From contig JBHGNT010000011.1 in NCBI GenBank assembly GCA_043228905.1, positions 1,612,001 through 1,676,000 of the forward strand: a stretch of DNA of 64,000 nucleotides, written 5' to 3'. Positions 61,060 through 64,000 of the stretch are shown piece after piece; within the stretch, counting starts at the first letter, position 1, and each line of letters begins with the position of its first letter. This stretch comes from Azolla caroliniana (lineage: Eukaryota; Plantae; Polypodiophyta). Below the pieces are notes generated by a model. The model was not told where the DNA came from. It was given only the letters and a program-made list of their open reading frames with translations, and did not search any database. Position numbers and translations under genes: made by a program.

Positions 61060-64000
61060 TGAGCGGCAAGCTCAACCGGATCCAAATCGGCTGAATAAGC
61101 CTGAGCCAGATCGGCATCCAGAAGGATGAGCTAGATCGGAGAGCCAGATTCGAGCGGGAACTGAAAGCCTAGTAGTAGCCTAGATTACTAGGTAGTTAAT
61201 GTCTCGTAGTTAGTGATAGATGCTTGTGTGAGCATTGAAGTACATTGTACTTCTGTCAGTCCTCTTAGGACTTGTGTAAATAGTGTTGTTGAGCACGTTG
61301 TATGTACAGAGAATTTTACAAAGTTGTTGATAATAGATTTAAGTTGTTCTGCTCTTTCTCTGTCTCTCCTGCATACCTTCTGTGTGTTAATCTCTCTCTC
61401 TCTCTATTGTTATCCGGCTAAGCCGGTTGTCTAACGCTTCCGCACCTTCGTTTCTACATGGTGTCAGAGCGTGAGGGTTGAGAACATTTGCAGCCGACAT
61501 CAGCATCTGAAGACAAACCCTAAAACCTGGTAAGAACAGAAAGAGAAGTGATGGACAGAGGAATGGCTAGCTCGCTCCTAGTGGAGAAGCTTGACAAATC
61601 CAACTACGCATCTTGGTCATACAAGATGCACCAGTACCTGCTTGGGCATGGCTATTGGCGCTATGTCGACGGAGCTAATGACACATCACGTGATGCAGCA
61701 CACAAGGACTTCCTAGTGTGGGAACAAGTGGCAAGCAAAGTGATGTACTGCTTTGTGTCCAGTGTCAGAGACCAGCTACTGAGCCATGTCCGAGATGCCA
61801 AGACGCCAAAAGAAGCTTGAGGAAACCTGAAGAAGGTTTTCGCGGCAAGCACTATGGCCCGGAAGTTGCAACTCCGATAGGAGTTGAGCAATGTCCGACA
61901 AAAGGACATGTCGGTAGCCAATTACACGGCCCGAATCAAAGAGATCTGTGACTCACTTGCCTCTATCAACGTCATTGTAGAGGAAGATGAGATGGTGCAG
62001 ATATGTCTTGGGGGCCTAGTGTCTAAGTTCAGAGCGTTCCGAATGGCGGTATGTACAAGGGAGAATACGCCGTCATTTTTCGACTTACAGTCGATGCTCC
62101 TTGTCGAGGAGAACCACATTGATGCATCAACAAGTGCACCCATCAACAGCCGGATGATGTACACGGAGGAGGATCGGCCTCGTGGGCATGGTGGACGAGG
62201 CGGGTCGACCCGCACTGGTAGAGGCAAGCAAGAGCAGGACTAAAGGCATAGAGAACGTGCCAACAGTAGTTCCGGACCCTCCACAAGCAAGGGGAGTGAA
62301 GGCGGCGCCGGAGGCCGGCAAGCAAAGGCCGACACGAAATGTTGGTACTGTGGTAAAAAGGGCCACAGAGAAAATGAGTGTTGGAAGAAGCGCGCCAATT
62401 CGGACAGATCCGGATCAGGCAAGCCCGACAGAGAGAACCGGCAATACTCGCACTATGCAGGAGGATCAAGAGGATCCAAAACCGGAAAAGTCAGTAAAGG
62501 GCCAACCTTGGTGATGAAACATGAGGCTAACTCGATGAAGAAGACCACTTCCAAATTGGAGGAAGTGTGGTACGTTGATTCCGGTGCGTCGAATCACATG
62601 ATGAGTCACAAAGAGTGGTTCTCTTTCTTGTAGAAACCGGAACAACCGGAGACGACACTACTCACCCAATTGTGCATGTCAAAGAAGTCCCTTTGAGCCA
62701 CGTCGGACAGAGGGGGAAGTTGATGAACGTATTACACGTTCCGACTATCACGAAGAACCTAGTGTTAGTCGATTAGATCATTGACCAGGGGATGCAAGTG
62801 TGGTTTACGCACCTTGGGTGCTTCATTGAGGAAGAGGGCCAGATTATTGCGCAAGGGCGCAGAGATGGGAGGATGTTCATCCTCGACACCAATGACGTCG
62901 GCACCGATTTGTTCGCCAAAGGACAGAATATTGAATTGGATATTGATCTCTAGCACAAGCGGATCGGCCACGTCAATTACCGGAGGCTTCAAGACCTGCA
63001 AACGAAACAAGTTGTTTTCGGTTTGCCGAAGTTCAGTGGCCGGAAGGCTGAAATTTGTGAAGCATGCCAACTCGAGAAGCAACACCAGCTTCCATTCCCC
63101 ACTGATCAAAACCAAAGCCATAACAAGCTCGATGTATGGGGACCGACACAAAATGTTAGTCTTGGCAGGAGTCGGTATTTCGTCTCCTTCATCGACGACT
63201 ACAGTCGGCACACATTGATCTACCTCATTGAGCAGAAGAGCGAAGTCTTCGAGTGTTTTCGGAACCTGTAAAGCTTGGTTGAACGGGAAATGGAGAGGAA
63301 GATCAAGTGTCTACGGTCGGATGGCGGAAAAGAATACTTTTCCGGCCAATTCAACAGTTATCTATAGCAAAAAGGAATTCGGAGAGAGTTTAGCTGCAGA
63401 TACACACCGGAGCAAAATGGTGTGGCCAAGAGGAAGAACCGGTCGATTATCGACGCGGCAAGGGCAATGCTAGAGGAGAAGAGCATGCCCAAATTCTACT
63501 AGGCTGAGGCGGTCTGGATGGCCGTTTATATCCAAAACCGGATCGGTGACAAGGTGTCCGCGAATGAGCTGTATTTCGGGTGCAAGCCGAACTTGAGACA
63601 CCTTTGGATATTCGGTAGCATTGCATATGTGCATGTGCCGGATGAGAAGCGGAGGAAGTTAGATGCAAAGTCGAAGAAATGCATCCTGGTCGAAGTTACT
63701 CGCATGAGCAAAAGGGGTATAAGTGTTATAACCCCCCGGACGAAGCAGGTCCGAGTTAGCCGAAATGTTCAGTTTGATGAAACAACATCATGGTATGCCT
63801 TACCGGCTCCGACTTCCGACCCCGTCCCAATACCGGAGGATGAGGCTAGTGAGCCTGAACCAGTCCAGTTAGAAGACGAAGGTTTCAAGACTCTAGATAT
63901 GAGTCCAAAATCGTTTCGGTTGAGCGGGCCGAACGAGCGACTGGGTCAGATAGACTAGTCGGAAGATGAACTAGTGAGTACTGGAGACTCTGCCGTGTTC
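61060..64000 (+). mobile_element. Bryco/RLC5-like copia L (LTR to 61458, PBS 61459-61470, gag-PR-IN; runs off the window)
   Basis: TGGTGTCAGAGC PBS, gag MDRGMASSLLVEKLDKSNYASWSYKM from 61551, homologous to G and I. Multiple stops. LTR start uncertain. Confidence 0.85.

Overview
This window holds no host genes. It is a heterochromatic pile of nested retroelements, most likely from a moss genome and possibly (peri)centromeric; both are inferences from the Bryco/RLC5-like copia elements. Contents: (1) At least seven copies of one Tnt1/Tork-like Ty1/copia family nested up to four deep. The innermost copy (20901-26443) is intact, with a 1357-aa gag-pol ORF, near-identical LTRs and TSD GTGGT. (2) Three Bryco/RLC5-like copia copies plus remnants. 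(3) Several Ty3/gypsy elements and solo LTRs. (4) An RTE-like LINE fragment. (5) A Penelope-like element with a hammerhead ribozyme. The most unusual signals are: a gypsy element with no PPT that instead has a tRNA-Arg 3'-end-like sequence next to its 3' LTR and a coiled-coil ORF fused in place of RT-RH-IN; a Gag capsid-module swap in the young copia; the Penelope/hammerhead element; and repeated self-targeted insertions. All alignments and boundaries were read by eye.
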